This document shows positions 62,398 through 64,000 of a stretch of DNA of 64,000 nt, piece by piece. The position numbers and the translations under genes are program-made. Where the stretch lies: contig CAWJQQ010000001.1 in assembly GCA_963845065.1 (NCBI GenBank), forward strand, positions 128,001-192,000, given 5' to 3'. This DNA is from Nitrospirota bacterium (lineage in GTDB: Bacteria; Nitrospirota; UBA9217). Every line of letters starts with the position of its first letter. Position 1 is the first letter of the stretch. The notes under the pieces were generated by a model. The model searched no databases and was not told where the DNA came from. It was given only the letters and a program-made list of their open reading frames with translations.

Positions 62398-62530
62398 TTC
62401 AGTAAGGAGCGTGGACTATAAACTTCAAATGGAATTATTCTTATTCCCGGCGATTATGGCTCTCTGGCCTACACCTACAAGGTTGCAACGGTGTTGACGA
62501 AAAGTCAATGCGGAATACTGGTAGAAATCG
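62398..62530 (+). repeat. dispersed intergenic element, short subtype
   Basis: TTCAGTAAGG 62398, CACCTACAAGGTTGCA 62472, TGCGGAATAC 62509. Confidence 0.85.
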
Positions 62531-62721
62531 CGCATACCTGCCAGGTGGATCGATTCCTCATTGGGCGACAATTTTATTGCATATTCTTATTAATATATAC
62601 AGAGTACAGGCAAAAAGTATCATAAAAAATCTTTATTAAATCTTTATTTTTTTTGCCTCATTCTTAGCAGCAATTTAACGCCGGTTATGATTATATATGC
62701 TGATGAAAGGGAGGGAGACTC

Positions 62722-62802
62722 ATGGATATCCTGTTTATCGGCATCACGATTGTGCTCTTTGTAGCAAGCTGGTTTTTAGTAAAACTTGTTGAGCGAGTCT
62801 AG
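62722..62802 (+). CDS. 26-aa single-TM peptide at the start of the kdp operon
   Basis: MDILFIGITIVLFVASWFLVKLVERV*, GGAG RBS. Confidence 0.7.
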   Translation: MDILFIGITIVLFVASWFLVKLVERV

Positions 62803-62814
62803 GAGGAGGGAAGA

Positions 62815-62907
62815 ATGGAACTGTTCTACTGGATTGGCGGCATTCTTGCCGCAGGGTTGTTGGTGTATCTCTTAATAGCGCTTCTCAAACCGGAGGCATT
62901 GTCATGA
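62815..62907 (+). CDS. kdpF: K+-transporting ATPase subunit F
   Basis: MELFYWIGGILAAGLLVYLLIALLKPEALS*; stop overlaps the kdpA start. Confidence 0.88.
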   Translation: MELFYWIGGILAAGLLVYLLIALLKPEALS

Positions 62908-64000
62908 CTGGCAACGATATTGTGCAAATAATTTTATATTTCGTCGTTTTGTTGCTTCTCGCGAAACCGCTCGGCGTCTACATGGCGCGGGTTTACGAAG
63001 GTAAGACTTCGGGCCTGGACCGCGTGCTCGGACCTGTTGAGCGGTTGTTTTACCGGATTTGCGGCATCAAACCTGAAGAGGAAATGAGCTGGCAAAAATA
63101 CACCGGCGCACTGCTTATCTTCAGCGCAGCAGGATTCTTCTTAGTCTATTTCCTGCAGCGCTTACAGGGGTTCCTGCCTCTGAATCCGCAAAAGTTCCCG
63201 GCCGTATCACCTGATTCATCCTTTAATACGGCGGTAAGCTTTATTACGAACACCAACTGGCAGGGGTATGGCGGCGAAACAACGATGAGCTATCTTTCCC
63301 AGATGGCCGGACTGGGAGTGCAGAATTTTCTGTCCGCTGCAGTGGGCATGGCCGTTCTCGTTGCCCTGATCCGGGGGATCAAGAGACACTCAGCAGAGAC
63401 CATCGGGAACTTCTGGTTCGATCTTACCCGCTCCACGCTTTACATTCTGATGCCCCTTGCGCTGATTTATTCACTGCTGCTCGTGTCTCAGGGTGTTGTT
63501 CAGACCTTCAGCGAATATAAGACTGTTTCGCTTACCCAGAGCGTCACCTATGATAACCCGAAGCTCGATGCCCAAGGCAACCCGGTCAAGGATGAAAAGG
63601 GCAATCCCGTGACCGAGAAAGCGGAGATGAAAGAGCAGACCATACCGCTAGGCCCCGCTGCATCGCAGATCGCGATCAAGCAGCTCGGCACGAACGGCGG
63701 CGGATTCTTCAATGTGAATTCGTCCCATCCCTTCGAGAATCCGACAGCGTTCTCCAATTTTCTTGAGGTTCTGGCGATCCTGCTAATACCCGCCGCATTT
63801 TGTATCACCTTCGGCAAGATGGTTGGAGATAAGCGCCAGGGCTGGGCACTGCTTTCCGCAATGGTCCTGGTCCTCGTTATTCTGATGGCTTTATGTACCT
63901 GGAGCGAGCAGGGTGGCAATCCACGCTTCGCATCCATCGGTATCGATCAACAGGCAAGTAACATGCAGCCCGGCGGTAACATGGAAGGGAAAGAAGCGCG
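62904..64000 (+). CDS. kdpA: K+-transporting ATPase subunit A (runs off the window)
   Basis: FNTAVSFITNTNWQGYGGE, ASQIAIKQLGTNGGGFFNVNSSHPFENP, NMEGKE. Confidence 0.96.
   Translation, partial: MTGNDIVQIILYFVVLLLLAKPLGVYMARVYEGKTSGLDRVLGPVERLFYRICGIKPEEEMSWQKYTGALLIFSAAGFFLVYFLQRLQGFLPLNPQKFPAVSPDSSFNTAVSFITNTNWQGYGGETTMSYLSQMAGLGVQNFLSAAVGMAVLVALIRGIKRHSAETIGNFWFDLTRSTLYILMPLALIYSLLLVSQGVVQTFSEYKTVSLTQSVTYDNPKLDAQGNPVKDEKGNPVTEKAEMKEQTIPLGPAASQIAIKQLGTNGGGFFNVNSSHPFENPTAFSNFLEVLAILLIPAAFCITFGKMVGDKRQGWALLSAMVLVLVILMALCTWSEQGGNPRFASIGIDQQASNMQPGGNMEGKEA

Noticed and set aside
2615..62530. Dispersed element interpreted as a CRISPR array or as protein-coding relics (TYK/AEY motifs)
   Set aside because: Copies are dispersed, boxes are only about 10 nt, no cas genes are present, and inter-box distances such as 34, 40 and 26 nt break any reading frame.

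Overview
A 64-kb bacterial accessory region. Gene content (selenium-metabolism genes, a selenoprotein, a c-di-GMP-I riboswitch, multi-PAS kinases) suggests an anaerobic Nitrospirota/Desulfobacterota-like host; that assignment is inference only. The window is a mosaic of short, unrelated gene modules and decayed fragments: ClC channel, HxlR/CDGSH/DoxX, grpE-cbpA-cbpM, pirin, MFS transporters, a B12 radical SAM enzyme, a LolCDE-like ABC operon, three intact toxin-antitoxin pairs plus a toxin relic, yedF/LysR, DASS transporter, serpin, a large surface lipoprotein, a two-component cluster and the start of kdpFA. The main unexplained signal is a degenerate ~130-200 bp intergenic element. It has about 13 copies carrying the CAYCTACAAG box and several half copies, all on the + strand at module boundaries. 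Its short boxes (AATGGAAACT / WCAGGATGRA / ATATTYTNCAC / CAYCTACAAG / TGCAGAATAY) are held at nearly fixed spacings, mostly 78-79 or 98-99 bp and then 34-35 bp, while the spacer sequences diverge. It is a candidate recombination site of an integron-like cassette-accumulation system. One copy is precisely split by an IS605-family tnpB element, which itself carries a nested IS1380. Also notable: a ~380-nt highly structured non-coding candidate RNA upstream of yedF, a UGA-containing peroxiredoxin-like selenoprotein split by the ORF track, integron attC remnants, tRNA-derived att scars, and an orphan Rhs/Tlde1-like toxin-immunity relic.
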